Source: Anthoceros angustus (taxonomy: Eukaryota; Plantae; Anthocerotophyta). From it: DNA of 64,000 nt. Location of the stretch: positions 620,001 to 684,000 of the forward strand of contig MU008156.1 in assembly GCA_010909165.1 (NCBI GenBank), given 5' to 3'. The translations under genes and the position numbers were made by a program. The notes under the pieces are model-generated. The model made no database searches, had not been told where the DNA came from, and was given only the letters and a program-made list of their open reading frames with translations. Positions 23,826-35,280 of this stretch are shown here, in pieces (within the stretch, counting starts at the first letter, position 1; each line of letters begins with the position of its first letter).

Positions 23826-25969
23826 CTATAGCTGTTCTAACAGCTCAGCCTGAGGTGTGATGCTGGCCTCTGCCTTTTTGTATCGAAATCTGGATGCAAC
23901 GACGATGAAGATGATGAGGTCTATAATGCCAAGAACAGCCAAAAGGCCATAGAATTTGTCCAATCGGGAGGTGTTGACGTTCCGTCCAACCCAAGGCCGA
24001 TGTCGCCCAGAAACTGAGGATGTGATGCTGATCAAAGCGCTGCTGAGAAAGTTTCCAGCTCCGGTGGATGACAAGCACATAGCTGAGCCCACAGTGCGCA
24101 TGTGGTCCGGAGTTTGATCATAGAAGAAGTCAATTCCACCTACTACTCCAAAGACTTCTGAAAGCCCCGCCAAGACGTACTGAGGAACAAGCCTGAAGAT
24201 GCTGAGAGGCAGCTTGGCGTTTGGGAGGTTCGCCACCTCATGGTCTCTCACGTACTGCAGCCTATGCCTCTCGGTGAGAGCTGCAACCATCATGGCCACA
24301 GATGCCAGGAAGAAGCCCACTCCAAGGCGCTGGAGGAGCGAGATTCCCCTGGGGTTACCAGTGCATCTCCTGGCCAGAGGCACGAAGCATTTATCGTAGA
24401 CAATGAGCCCAATCACCACAGTCCCGTGGGCGAAGATCTGGAAGGAGGATGGAGGAATGCGGAAGTGCGGGCCCAGCCTGTTGTCCATTGTTTTGCCCTG
24501 CCTGGAGAAGAGCGTGTAGATTTGAGAATAGGATGCCATGAACACCAGACTGAGTAGCCAAATTGGGAGCGTGTTCACCAGCAGCTTCACTTCCTCCACT
24601 TGTGTCACGGTGCACAGCTTCCATGGGCTGCTTCTATCCTCGTCCCTTCGAATGGTTGCTGCCTTGTCCAGGAATCTGCATTCAGGGTCATTCGAGTTCA
24701 ATGTAAGCACAGTTTCATTTGAAGCACAGTTTGCTCGCAGTAGCATCGATCTACATTCTACTGTGGAGACATGGCACATACGTGAAGGAATCCGTGTGCA
24801 GCAGCTGCCTTCTCTGTGGAGTCAGATATCTCCTACCAGGCACCTCGTACAGCAGGTTCTTGTCCGCCGGCACCCTGATCCGCCAGTTCCTGACAGAAGC
24901 AACTAGGACTTGAGCAACCTCAGTGCAGGAATCACCGGCCAGGGGCTGCCGCCTGTACAAGGGGCTTCCTAGCAGGAACATACAAAACGCAAGAGCAAAT
25001 GAAGCTGTAGGGATGGCGAATCCCCATGCCCAGCCTACATCGGTCTCCACGTAAACCACTACAGTCACTGCTAGGAACGTTCCCACCGCAACCATGGCGA
25101 AGTACAGGTTGAAGAAAGAATCTCTGTGTGACGCCTCTTTCTCGTCCTCCTCGTCAAATTGGTCTGCGCCTAAGGCTGTCCAGCATGGCTTCAAGGCTCC
25201 GGCCCCGACGCCTAGAATGTATATGGAGAGGAAGAAATACGTCAACCTCCATCCCGTGGTCTTCGTAGTGCAGTCTGTAGAAGTGGCGTCCTCGGCAAGG
25301 CAGTAGGGCTTCAAACCATCCACTGTTGCAGAGGAGAGCAGCATACCGAGCCCCTGGAGTGGTTGCCCGACATCCATGGAAGAAAAAGTGGCGAAGTCTG
25401 ATGAGCTGACAAGTTACAACGATGCTCTAAATTGACTAACGCAATGAAACAAGAGATTTGGACATCTGAAGTTGGCGCTCTGCAGGTGTAGGCAAGCTTA
25501 CAGTGAGGTACATGGTGGACAAGAAAATGGATGCCTTGTATCGGCCCAGATATCCATCGGACAGGAAAGCTCCCAGAAACGAAGCGAAGAAGACACATCC
25601 CGCCCAGTTATTCACGTTCTGAGAAGCAGCAGCTAGGCCTTGTCCTAGAACGTCTGTGAAATAAGTGACGAGATTGGAACCGATCCCCTGGTAGGCCAAT
25701 CTTTCGGCTAGATCGTTTGCTGCATCATCCAATCAAATTCACAGAACTTGAGCTAAGCCTTACGGACAGGTCTAGAGGATGGTGGGATTGTTGGAGGGAA
25801 AGGAATTGATCTCGGTGACCCTACCCAGTAAGAAGATGCAGGCCCTCCACCCTCCAGTGGAAGACTTCCTGGCAGGCCTGCCCTTGTAGTCCACAGTGCC
25901 ATTTTTTGTGAAGTCGGAGCTTGGATCTTCAATCTCAACAGGCTTCTCATGGACGGTCGCCATTCTCAT
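23826..25969 (-). CDS. NPF (NRT1/PTR) nitrate/peptide transporter, 4 exons
   Basis: GTVDYKGRPA..TGGWRAC, ERLAYQGI, LGAFLSDGYLGRY, GADQFDEED, FLDKAA..PWKLCTVTQVEEVK, PQYVLAGLSEVF..IDFFYDQTPDHMR and DKFYGLLA are all PTR-family motifs, with GT-AG introns. Confidence 0.95.
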
Positions 25970-26135
25970 GAACTAGTGCATGCTCCTGACTGTGACAACA
26001 GGCACACACGGCTGAGCCTGTTCTTGGCTTTAACTCCAGCAAGGGTACTCCGAGGGGCTACCTGAAGACATGAACCAGGGCCATCCTTCGACGTCAAGTC
26101 CGTACTGCATTGCACTTTTTTGACTCAATCATTTC

Positions 26136-26780
26136 TGTAAAGGGGGCGATACACACCTAGGAATGTCAGTAAAAGGGGGCGATACACACGTAGGGATGTC
26201 AGTAAAAGGGGCGATACACACCTAGGGATGTCAGTAAAGGGGCGATACACACAGTCGTCTCAGTGAAAGGGGCGATACACTCAGCAGTCTCAGTAAGGAA
26301 GAAGAAGAAGAATTTTATGTAAGTCCACTAAGGACGGATTTCCGTCATGGGACTTGGTACTTGACAACTTGTACCATGGTGTGCCTAAGCTACTTGCACC
26401 AAGGGCATCCACTCCCTTTAGGGACCCCATCTAAGTATCGATCTAAGCTCAGGATGCTTAATCACTACGTTCTTATAAATGTGTGTGTCCATTTGGCCTA
26501 AGCCATTTGGACACACATTAAGGGATGTCAACAAGAGGGGCGATACACTCAGTCGTCTCAGTAAGGGATGTCAGTAAAGGGAGCGATACACACAGTCGTC
26601 TCAGTAAAAGGGGCGATACACACTGTCGTTTCAGTAAAAGGGGCGATACACACAGTCGTCTCAGTAAAAGGGGCGATACACAAAGTCGTCTCAGTAAAAG
26701 GGGCGATACACAAAGTCGTCTCATTAAAGGGGGCGATACACGCGTAGGGATGTCAGTAAAAGGAGCGATACACACGTAGA
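26136..26780. repeat. ~30-bp minisatellite (AAGGGGCGATACACACAGTCGTCTCAGTAA, plus a variant with AGGGATGTCAGTAA), interrupted by the 200-bp repeat
   Basis: More than 10 direct units at 26136-26296 and 26520-26780. Confidence 0.9.
26297..26510 (-). repeat. ~200-bp (TTC)n-tailed dispersed repeat, copy 2
   Basis: Reverse complement of 11430-11626 with a few substitutions and indels, inserted within the minisatellite. Confidence 0.8.
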
Positions 26781-27364
26781 GATGAACACGTCGAAAAGTT
26801 GGACTGAAAGGGATAATATCTCTCCACAAGCAGTACGGGGGAATGGTTCTACGCCGAAGAGGCCGATATTCCGTTCAGGAGGGAGAACAAGTTTCGGATG
26901 CGAAGCAATGGTGACCAGTAAGGAAGCCTATTTACAACCGTATTTCTACTTCGTAAATACTTTCGCTGCAACACACTTGTTTGCAAGCAAGGAAAGGTTC
27001 ACGTTGAGTGTCAACAATTGAACCATTACGGAAGTATGGAGGCCTTGACGTCATGCTATCCCCTCCATGACTGACATTTTTCTGCTGAGGTAAGCTTGGG
27101 GCGGAGTTCCTTGTGATACCTCCACAACCATTGAGCTTTCAAATATGTAAGCCGCCTTGTCTTTTGTCTGCCGCATGATGAAAGGTCGAATGCATACCGG
27201 AGTGAAGAGAACCAAGGTCTGAAGGTGAAAACACTTTTACCGCTCAACAAAGTCTGTTTGACATTGCATCACACCCACGCCAGTCTCTACACTTGCATGT
27301 CCCATTTACGGGTGAGCTGAGCACCAGGACGCTGAAGTCCAGAGCATCTGGGGTAAATGATGTG

Positions 27365-28912
27365 TCATCTTCCCAAAAGTTTCAGGCCACGCCGGTTGGA
27401 TTGCTCCACCCTGTTGTGCAGCTCAATAACGTCAGTCTGAAGACCCTCCAAGCTGTTGTTCTGCTTGCTTATCTCAGCACCCATTTGTTCTGACATATCC
27501 TTCAACCCAGTGAGCAAGTTGCTCAGTTTATCCAGGTCCTTATCCTGCCTTAACTTCTCTTGCTCCCACGGCTCCTGGGCTTGCGAGCTTGCAAGTCTTC
27601 CGGCAGTATCCCCCTGCACAAGAGACGCACGCGGCTCCGGATAGTTCTTGCGCCTGTAGGTACTTGCAGGACCGTCCGTCGGGCCATGGATAGCATGATT
27701 TTTCTTAGGCTTCCAGGTCCTGGAAAACATGCCTCCCAAGCTTCCCAGCAGCTTCTCTCCAGTGCTGAGCTCTTCGTCCACTTTGACTGCCATCTCATGG
27801 GTTCGGCGGATCTGTTCTCCTTGATCCTGAAGCTGGGCCATAGTGCTGGCGGCTACTTCTTTCGTGTTCTCTGCCACCCTCAAACAATTCTCGATTGCTG
27901 ATGTTGTCTCTCTGGACTTCTCATGAGCATAACTCCGCAGCTGCTCCACACTCTGGCCTTCAAACCCCTGCTCCCCATAACGCACCGGAGTAGGGAGCGG
28001 AGGGGGGCGGGCCTGAGTACCACCATCCAGAAGTGCACTTCGGTCCTGCCGCCGGTCCTCCTGACCCCTGGAACTCTTCTTCGGCTTCTGCAGCTTAGAA
28101 GACACGCTTTCCCCAACGGCCGCTACCTTCTCCACACTTTCAGAGTAAATGGAGGCCACCCTCTCCTTGATCTGCGCTCCCTTTCGGGCCCTCCTCTCCG
28201 TCGTCACCGAGTCCTCACTCAGCTCACTCCCACCACTGTTCCGCCTGCTGGAACTCTGCGACTTACTAGCCTTCTCCTCACTGGCAAACAGAGAATCCCT
28301 CTCCAACGCGCTCAAACTGCTGTGTTTAGGCTTGATCGGCACCGGATACTCGTCATCAAACGGATTCCCAGACCCCGTCTCAATAGCACTCAAACTGTTG
28401 TGCTTGCTCCTCACCTTCGTCTTCTCTTCAAGCACAAGCGCATCGTCATCGAAAGGATTCCCCCCAGACCCCGCAGACGCCCGCCGCGACTCCGGCTTCG
28501 ACCTCGCGGGCCTCCCAGTTCCAGATCCCGATCCTCCAGCCTCCCCAGCATCATCATCAAACGGATTCCCCGAGGAAGCCCTAACCCGCCTGGAAGATTC
28601 CTGCGATCTGCTCCCTCTGGACGCCTTGGAGACCTCGGGCTCATCAAACGGATTGTTAGATGCACCGAGCACAGTCCCAGACGAAACTTTATCCTGCGTC
28701 GGGCGCAAGGCCCGCTCCCGGCTCCCGGCCTTGGAAACGCGGCTGTGAGACACCACCTCATCATCAAACGGATTGGAAGAGCGGGAAGTGAGCGAGGAGC
28801 CGGACGTGGTAGAGTCCTCATCATCCGAGAAGGGATTCGACGACACCCGATGCCCCCTCGCCGCGGCTCGCTGCCGGGCCACCGCCATCCTGGTGCTCTC
28901 CGTGATACTCAT
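27365..28912 (-). CDS. SNAP25-type Qb+c SNARE (SNAP33-like) with a long NPF-repeat N-terminus, intronless
   Basis: QSVEQLRSYA..LQDQGEQIRRTH..GEKLLGSLGGMFSRTWKPKK (Qb) and QDKDLDKLSNLL..MGAEISKQN..LHNRVEQSNRRGLKLLGR (Qc) match plant SNAP33. Confidence 0.93.
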   Translation of the reverse strand: MSITESTRMAVARQRAAARGHRVSSNPFSDDEDSTTSGSSLTSRSSNPFDDEVVSHSRVSKAGSRERALRPTQDKVSSGTVLGASNNPFDEPEVSKASRGSRSQESSRRVRASSGNPFDDDAGEAGGSGSGTGRPARSKPESRRASAGSGGNPFDDDALVLEEKTKVRSKHNSLSAIETGSGNPFDDEYPVPIKPKHSSLSALERDSLFASEEKASKSQSSSRRNSGGSELSEDSVTTERRARKGAQIKERVASIYSESVEKVAAVGESVSSKLQKPKKSSRGQEDRRQDRSALLDGGTQARPPPLPTPVRYGEQGFEGQSVEQLRSYAHEKSRETTSAIENCLRVAENTKEVAASTMAQLQDQGEQIRRTHEMAVKVDEELSTGEKLLGSLGGMFSRTWKPKKNHAIHGPTDGPASTYRRKNYPEPRASLVQGDTAGRLASSQAQEPWEQEKLRQDKDLDKLSNLLTGLKDMSEQMGAEISKQNNSLEGLQTDVIELHNRVEQSNRRGLKLLGR

Positions 28913-29598
28913 CCTCTCCTCCCGCAAGCCCACCAAAAGCCAAAATCCACCGCCGCCACCCACAATCCACCACCTCCACCTCCACCCACACCCTCACCAG
29001 AGACCCGGACACGATCAAAGGCACACACAGAACGGAACGAATCCACAGGCCCTCAGATCCAAACCCTCCTGACACAAAACACACCCGGACTGCGGACAGG
29101 ACACAAGACAGGAGCAGCTGCTGCAGGCTGCACGGGCCAGCAGTGCTATAAGCGCGAGAGCCCCATCTTCGAGACACCAGGGCAGAGCTGCGTCAAGACC
29201 GTGTCAAAGGGGAAGACGAGTTAACTGACGCTTCTCAAGGCTTCTGCCGGCCGGCTTCGTCTTGCCGTCTTCCCTCCCGCCTGCCTGCCTTCCTTCCTCG
29301 CGTCCCCCTTGCAACCGTAAAGAAAAAACATCCTAAAAAAGTCATACAAATATTCTCGTAGGCTGTTCCGTTCCACCTCCACGACCGCTTCAATCGCGAA
29401 TCGCAAATCGCAATTCGCTGACAGGACTTGACTCACGGTCGCGTCCTACACACGCTTCGTCCTACAGGGCATCAGCATGTTGCTTTTTGCTGCCTACGCT
29501 TGTGCGGCCCACATGGGCATCTAGGCTTTCCGATCTTGAAGGGGTCGCAGATGGAACCAGATCAGATCAAATATTGCAAGTTGATGTCTCCGAATTAT

Positions 29599-31151
29599 CT
29601 AGCGGCCCTCTATGCTCACTCCACTCACGCCAGTCAAGGAGTGGAATAGTTTTTGTGACCCATCCTCTCCCAGCAGCAGTTTGGCCACCCTGGCCACAAC
29701 TGGGTTTGGAGGTTGCCCTAGCAGTAACATTCTCGGGGGCCACTCCAGGAGCATGGGGGCAAGCAGGCGGTATGGGAGCCAAGTCCAGTACCAAAATGGG
29801 ACGATGTGGTATCGTGCTCGGTACTGTGCTGCATCCACGATCCGCTTCGCAGCTGCGTCTGTGGGCAGCATAGGCCACCACTTGGGGATGTGTCCCTGTA
29901 GGAAACATGCATCCACGTCACGCACATTCACATGAGAGATGGTGGATAAGCACACATGGGAACTGTCATGACGGAAAGGATGGCCATGGCATGGAATGGA
30001 ATGGAATGGGTGGTTTACCGGGGGTCCTCCCAAGGTCATCTCGGACTGGACAAACCCTGGCATAGCAAGGGTTATCGTCACTCTCTTTCCGATGGGCTCA
30101 GTCCGCATCGTGTCGTAGAACTCCAAGATAGATGCCTTTGCCGCCTGCCATGCGAAGTGGTGGGGACAAGTCTCGTAAAACCAAACTTTCAAAGAAAGCC
30201 TGTCAAGCGGGCAACTGTAGGTGAAGCAAGGTTGGAGGATGGAGGTTACATTGTACATGGCCTGTCGGGGATACGGAACGTAGGCTCCCACTGAGTCGGT
30301 CACCACAACCTGGCCATTGGTCCTTCGGAGGTGCTCCAGTGCGTAGAAAGTCGGAAGCACATTTCCCCAGAAATCCACATCCTGACCAACAAGCCCACAG
30401 CACTTGATGTATGTCTTATCTTTTGGACTCAAGTTTTCCTTTTCAGCTGCATTGCATACATTTGATCTTACCATGGTCTCCTTGAACTCCCTGGTGTCGG
30501 TGTACTCTTCAAATAGACCACTCTTGGCTGAGCCAGCGTTGTTCACCAACACATCCACTGCACACGTCACAGATTAGTGCCCTTCATGTGATAAATTCAT
30601 CAACGCAATTGTTATTCCAGCATGTATGCCCACAAAGCACACAACAGCAATGGTGAACTTACAGCGACCAAAAGTCTCAACAGCAAAATCAACAATGCGC
30701 TTGCAGTCCTCGGGCTTGGACATGTCAGCTCTGCACACCTCCGCGCTCCTTGCTCCATTTTCCATGCATTCATGAGCAACCTCTCGTAGCCTGTTCTCCC
30801 GCCTGGCAGCCAACACCAACTTCGCTCCTCGCCTCGCATACTCCAGCGCCATGCACTACTCTAATTGGAAGAGCATTTAAGCAATATAATGCCAGACACG
30901 CCAGGTATGAAGCTATGATTTCAACCTAGGTGCTTGATGCAATGCTGCTGAGCTTCAACATGCACAAACATACACCTTACCCTGCCAATTCCCGATGATG
31001 CTCCTGTAACCAACACCACGTTGTTCTCGATTTTGATTGGTCTTACAAGCAGACTCCTCAATTTTCTCAAGACAAGCACTGCTGGCAACACTAAAGGGAA
31101 GATGATCAACAAGAAGCCAGCCAAGCTATATCCAATCAGATTCGTCACCAT
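29599..31151 (-). CDS. Short-chain dehydrogenase, 11-beta-hydroxysteroid dehydrogenase/steroleosin-like, 6 exons
   Basis: N-terminal hydrophobic Pro-containing anchor, TGASSGIG, ARR, DVLVNNAG, FWG, catalytic YN/AAK split by an intron, and PGFVQSEMT. Confidence 0.9.
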
Positions 31152-31467
31152 CTGACCCAGCCCCAGGGACACCATCTTGACGCAGAATGTCTTCCTCGTC
31201 CAAGAGATTCAACGAGTCTCAGACTGTGCACCAATTTCACAGCTACTGCTGCAAAACTGTCTACCGTCAGGACACTCGCCAATTTTATTGCTGGAATGCG
31301 CTTTGCGAAAGAACAGTTGAAGAAAAGTTTACACGGTGCAAAGGATAGGTTCGAGAGTGCGGTGGCTTTCCATGCAGGAACATCCACGCGTCCCACATTC
31401 CTTAATGAGGTATCTCTAACCCCAGTTCCACAACCATAAGCCACTTGGCAGACTAATGTGTCTCATG

Positions 31468-33340
31468 CTACTTTCCGTCTGATCGAAGCTGCACGCCGAG
31501 GGCGATTAAGCCCACCATAGAGAAGCCTGATAGAAGGCTGCTTGAGTAACCTAGAGCCAGAAGTGCTCCTCTCAGAGACTGCATGTACGCCCCAGGAGAG
31601 AGCAGTTAAGACGAGAATGCTTGGGAGGGTTCACGTTCTTTACGAAAAGAGTGATTTCTTACAGTGGCCAGCATGATAGCGTTGTCGTTAGCATAGTTTG
31701 CTGTGTTGTCTATGTTTTGAAGTGCTTGTGTAAGCTGCCAAGAAAGCAACCTGACAGACACAATACAAAAGAGCATCATGAACAGTTGGAACAGACAGAG
31801 CTAACGCCATCCGATCATGAAGTCCATACAGGAGGGCAGCAGGTACCCAAAGGCTAGAGCAATAGCAGCGCCTGTGAAAGCTCGGCCTGACGAAAACTCC
31901 ACTTGCAGGCTGCCGAACTGCAACAGGAATCGAAAACCTCACCGAGTTGATGCGCCGACGCTGACATACTTCAGTAATGATGACCTGAAAATTTGGGTGG
32001 AAGGAAGTACCTTAAAGACCTTGGTAGAGCTCACAGCAGTGGTGGTCTGGTAAAAGGGCTTGCTGCCTGGAGCAACTGCCTCCCCCGCTGCAATCAACGC
32101 GTTGCCGATCTGTAGCAACACCAGTCAAAGTAGCCATCTTACAAGTTGAGCACCAACTTCCTCCACAAACAATTTTGAAAGCCAAACTGTTCCAGAAACA
32201 GAACCAGGTATCAGTGCAAGCACAATCCAGTCTTCGTGCACATGCTGCTTGTCTCAGCTTCCAACCGACATCCTGTTTCCCACAAAAATCAAACAGCCTG
32301 CCTCCAACAATTAGCTAACTGCTCAGAACCCCTGAAGAATGAGATTCCAAGTTCTAGTACCTTCGATAATTCCCCCGCTCCAAACTGCCCGATTGCCTTG
32401 AATCGCCTTCCTGCATCAATCAATCTTTTGCCAAGGGCTGTAGGCAAACCAAGTGTGAGCGAAGGCCACAACAAGCTTGTGCCTTGGCCACAGCCTAGCA
32501 TGAGAGAATGTAACTGACCGGCTTTGGAGCTTTCAGACAGATCCTGTTGCAAGGAAGGGATGAATTTGGCAACCGTCTCCAGAGACTGTGTGTCCCCAGA
32601 TTCCCATGCCTGTGCTACTTGTAACAGCACTTCCCCTACTTGCTCTCCACACTGGCCAGCAGGCACGATAGACATCAGCATCCTACTCCGACACGAATCC
32701 ATTTGGAACCAGCACAATTTCCAAGAACAGCCAAAAGTAACCTCTCTGCTCACGGCGCCACTTGACAAAGCAAAGGCTGCGTCCTTCAGCTGAGAAACAC
32801 GAGAAAGCAGCATCTGGTCAGAACCACGAATAAGCACCAGATGCTTGCATTCCCGTCGAACACAACCACGGCAGCCTACATCAACCCGAATGTCACTGGG
32901 AAGCTCGGCCAAGAACCTCGGTGGAAGGGACAAGGCATCCTGCACAAATCCACCAGTAGCTCTCAAGACCCCCTCCTAAGCATGACTTTCAAAAGCAAGT
33001 CAAATCCCTGGTAGCTACATTTCGGCATATCACAATGTGAAGCATCTGCAGCATCAAATTGACAAGAGCATAAGAGGTGGCTAACCGCAAGCTCCTGCAA
33101 GCATCTTCGAGTTCTCTGCTCATCTTCGGCCTCTCCCTTACTCTCCGACCGCGTCTGCAGCGCCTGGGCAGAACTCCAACCCCTGCGAGGCAATGCTGGT
33201 GTTGCAGAGGCTGCTTTCAATGCAGGCGGCAGCACCACTCGCCCACGGGCAAACGCCGCTGTGTCTGTGGATTTGCAGGGCCCCAGGGGAAGCGGAGAGC
33301 AGCAACAGGGCACGTGCAGGCGCATCTCCAACCCGGCCAT
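31468..33340 (-). CDS. Unidentified multi-exon protein with a transit-peptide-like N-terminus and hydrophobic C-terminal segments; exon structure unresolved
   Basis: Long ORFs (32963-33361, 32289-32966, 31939-32121) with splice-like borders. Weak resemblance of C-terminal pieces (KYVSVGAST..AFTGAAIA; LLSGFSMVGLIALGVQ) to RETICULATA/DUF3411 proteins, not confirmed. Confidence 0.45.
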
Positions 33341-33587
33341 ATCGATCCACACCTTCTTCACTTTATCCAGTCACACAGTCCACAACCTCGGTTGGACAGC
33401 AGGCTATGTATTCCACTGGGAACTCTCTGGTTCTCTTTACAACACCTTACGCTCTTCACTTTCGCACGCATAGGCAAAATGCCAGTAACTCGCAATCAAG
33501 TAAATATTCAGGGCTTTTCGTAATTTAATTTTTTAATATATTGATAAAAAAATAACTCATATCAAATCTAGTTGCGGGAGCTTCGAA

Positions 33588-35280
33588 ATGCAAGAAGATT
33601 TTGAAAGTAAGCTGAAGCTTTTTGTATCAAATATTTGCATCATAGCTTTCTATATAAATTACGTAGGATATAAAAGATTATCTTTTTTTCAGACATTGGA
33701 GGCTTTTTCAAAGTAATGATTGAATCAATGTTGCTTTTAGAAGCTTCGATTTATCTTCTCACAAAGTAATTCTTAACTAAATAGCTCCTTTTTATAAAAA
33801 CATTATCAATGGGATAAAATATATTGAGAAATCTAGAATCTTACGTACATACGAAAGGTTTATAAAAATATTTTACATCATAGTCATAAATTATTGACAT
33901 TCATTTATCATGTATTCGCAGGAGAGATAAAAATTATTGTGGTTGGAAATGGAAATGTGGGAAAGACAAGTATGATTCGACAATTTTGCAAAGGACAATG
34001 TCCTACAGAATACAAAAGAACTATTGGAGTAGATTTTCTTGAGAAAAGACAGTAAGTGCAGAAGGAGTTACTTATTATTTTAATGTCAAGGATGTAGATT
34101 TCATGTTAAATTTTAGTATATAATTATATATATTTAGTTGATAAATAAAAACCTTAACTTGTTAGGCTTGTGAAAGCCTTGCAAGAATTTGTTACACTCA
34201 TGTTATGGGATACAGCTGGACAAGAGCAATTTCAATCTATAACAAAATCGTACTATCGAGGTATTATCTTTTTCCCGATCTGTTGCATATTAGAACACTC
34301 AAAAGAAAATATCCCAGCAGTATTGTATACTAGAACGCTCCAAAGAAAATATTGACATGACTATTTTTTTTCTAAAAGGTGCAAAGGCTGCTGTACTTTG
34401 TTTCTCTACAACCGATAGGGAATCTTTCGATTCAATCAAAACGTGGAAACAAAAGGTATAGAGATCTACATGTGCCTGTATTTGATACACGAAAGCATTA
34501 TCTCATAGAGTGCATAAGTAATCTCTTCATGATAAGCTTCCTTAGATTGAAGGAGAGTGCGGAAATATTCCTATGGTATTGGTTCAAAACAAAATCGACC
34601 TATTGCATAATGCTGTCATTTCTAGGTATGATGATATTACTTTGAAAGATTATTATACTAAAAAACAAAGTCTAGCAAGAACTTCTATTTTGACAACCAA
34701 TTGGATGCAAGATGATACAGAGAAGAAGCAGAGACGCTAGCTAGTGAATTGAGTCTGCGATTTTATCGAATTTGTGTGAAGCAGAATTTCTATGTGGATA
34801 GTGGTAAGTTGTAGCAAGTTTGTATACGAAATGTACATAGTCTTGTAAATTTTTATGAAGAATTAATAATATTTCACGATAAAATATCATAAAATAATTT
34901 TATTATTCTAAACAAATGGGATTAGGTAACTCATAAAAATTTACAAAATAACTACTCTTTCAATAAAATTACTTTTGTTGCAGTTTTTGAATACTTAGGA
35001 GAAATGTATTTGACACATGCAGCTGGATGTACATGTATCAAATTAGGTATGCAAAATATTCAATATAGTGTCATCATATCTTTAAAATTTTAGAGTGATT
35101 TTATGATGAACACTAATAAGTTCTACAAATTTTACAGGTAATAATAAACTATGTTTTACCTTGAAAAACAAGCAAGAACCATCACCTATAGAAAATATCA
35201 ACATTGAAAAAGACTCAATTGTTTCTAGAGCAATCGGTGATAAAGATACAAGAAGGAGTTGGTTTTGTACAATTTTGTAA
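33588..35280 (+). CDS. RAB23: Rab23 small GTPase, 8 exons (33588-33606, 33922-34051, 34166-34260, 34379-34455, 34546-34625, 34721-34803, 34984-35046, 35138-35280)
   Basis: The spliced ORF MQEDFEREIKIIVVGNGNVGKTSMIRQFCKG..YKRTIGVDFLEK..LMLWDTAGQEQF..YYRGAKAAVLCFSTTDRESF..IPMVLVQNKIDLL..LRFYRICVK..VFEYL..CTIL* has the Rab23-specific motifs. All junctions are GT-AG and in frame, and it ends in a CaaX motif. Confidence 0.93.

Noticed and set aside
11430-26510. The inverted 200-bp pair as terminal inverted repeats of a 15-kb Mutator/Pack-MULE
   Set aside because: No flanking TSD, the (TTC)n tails point inward like retroelement 3' ends, and copy 2 sits inside a minisatellite.
22765-26780. Minisatellites as CRISPR-like arrays
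   Set aside because: No unique spacers, units are contiguous and degenerate, the context is eukaryotic and no cas genes are present.
27923-29224. 433-aa minus-strand ORF and other long ORFs overlapping the SNARE, SPX (55706-56806), ankyrin (1620-2510) and stellacyanin genes
   Set aside because: These are alternative-frame or antisense shadows of GC-rich coding sequence, with low-complexity translations and no family motifs.
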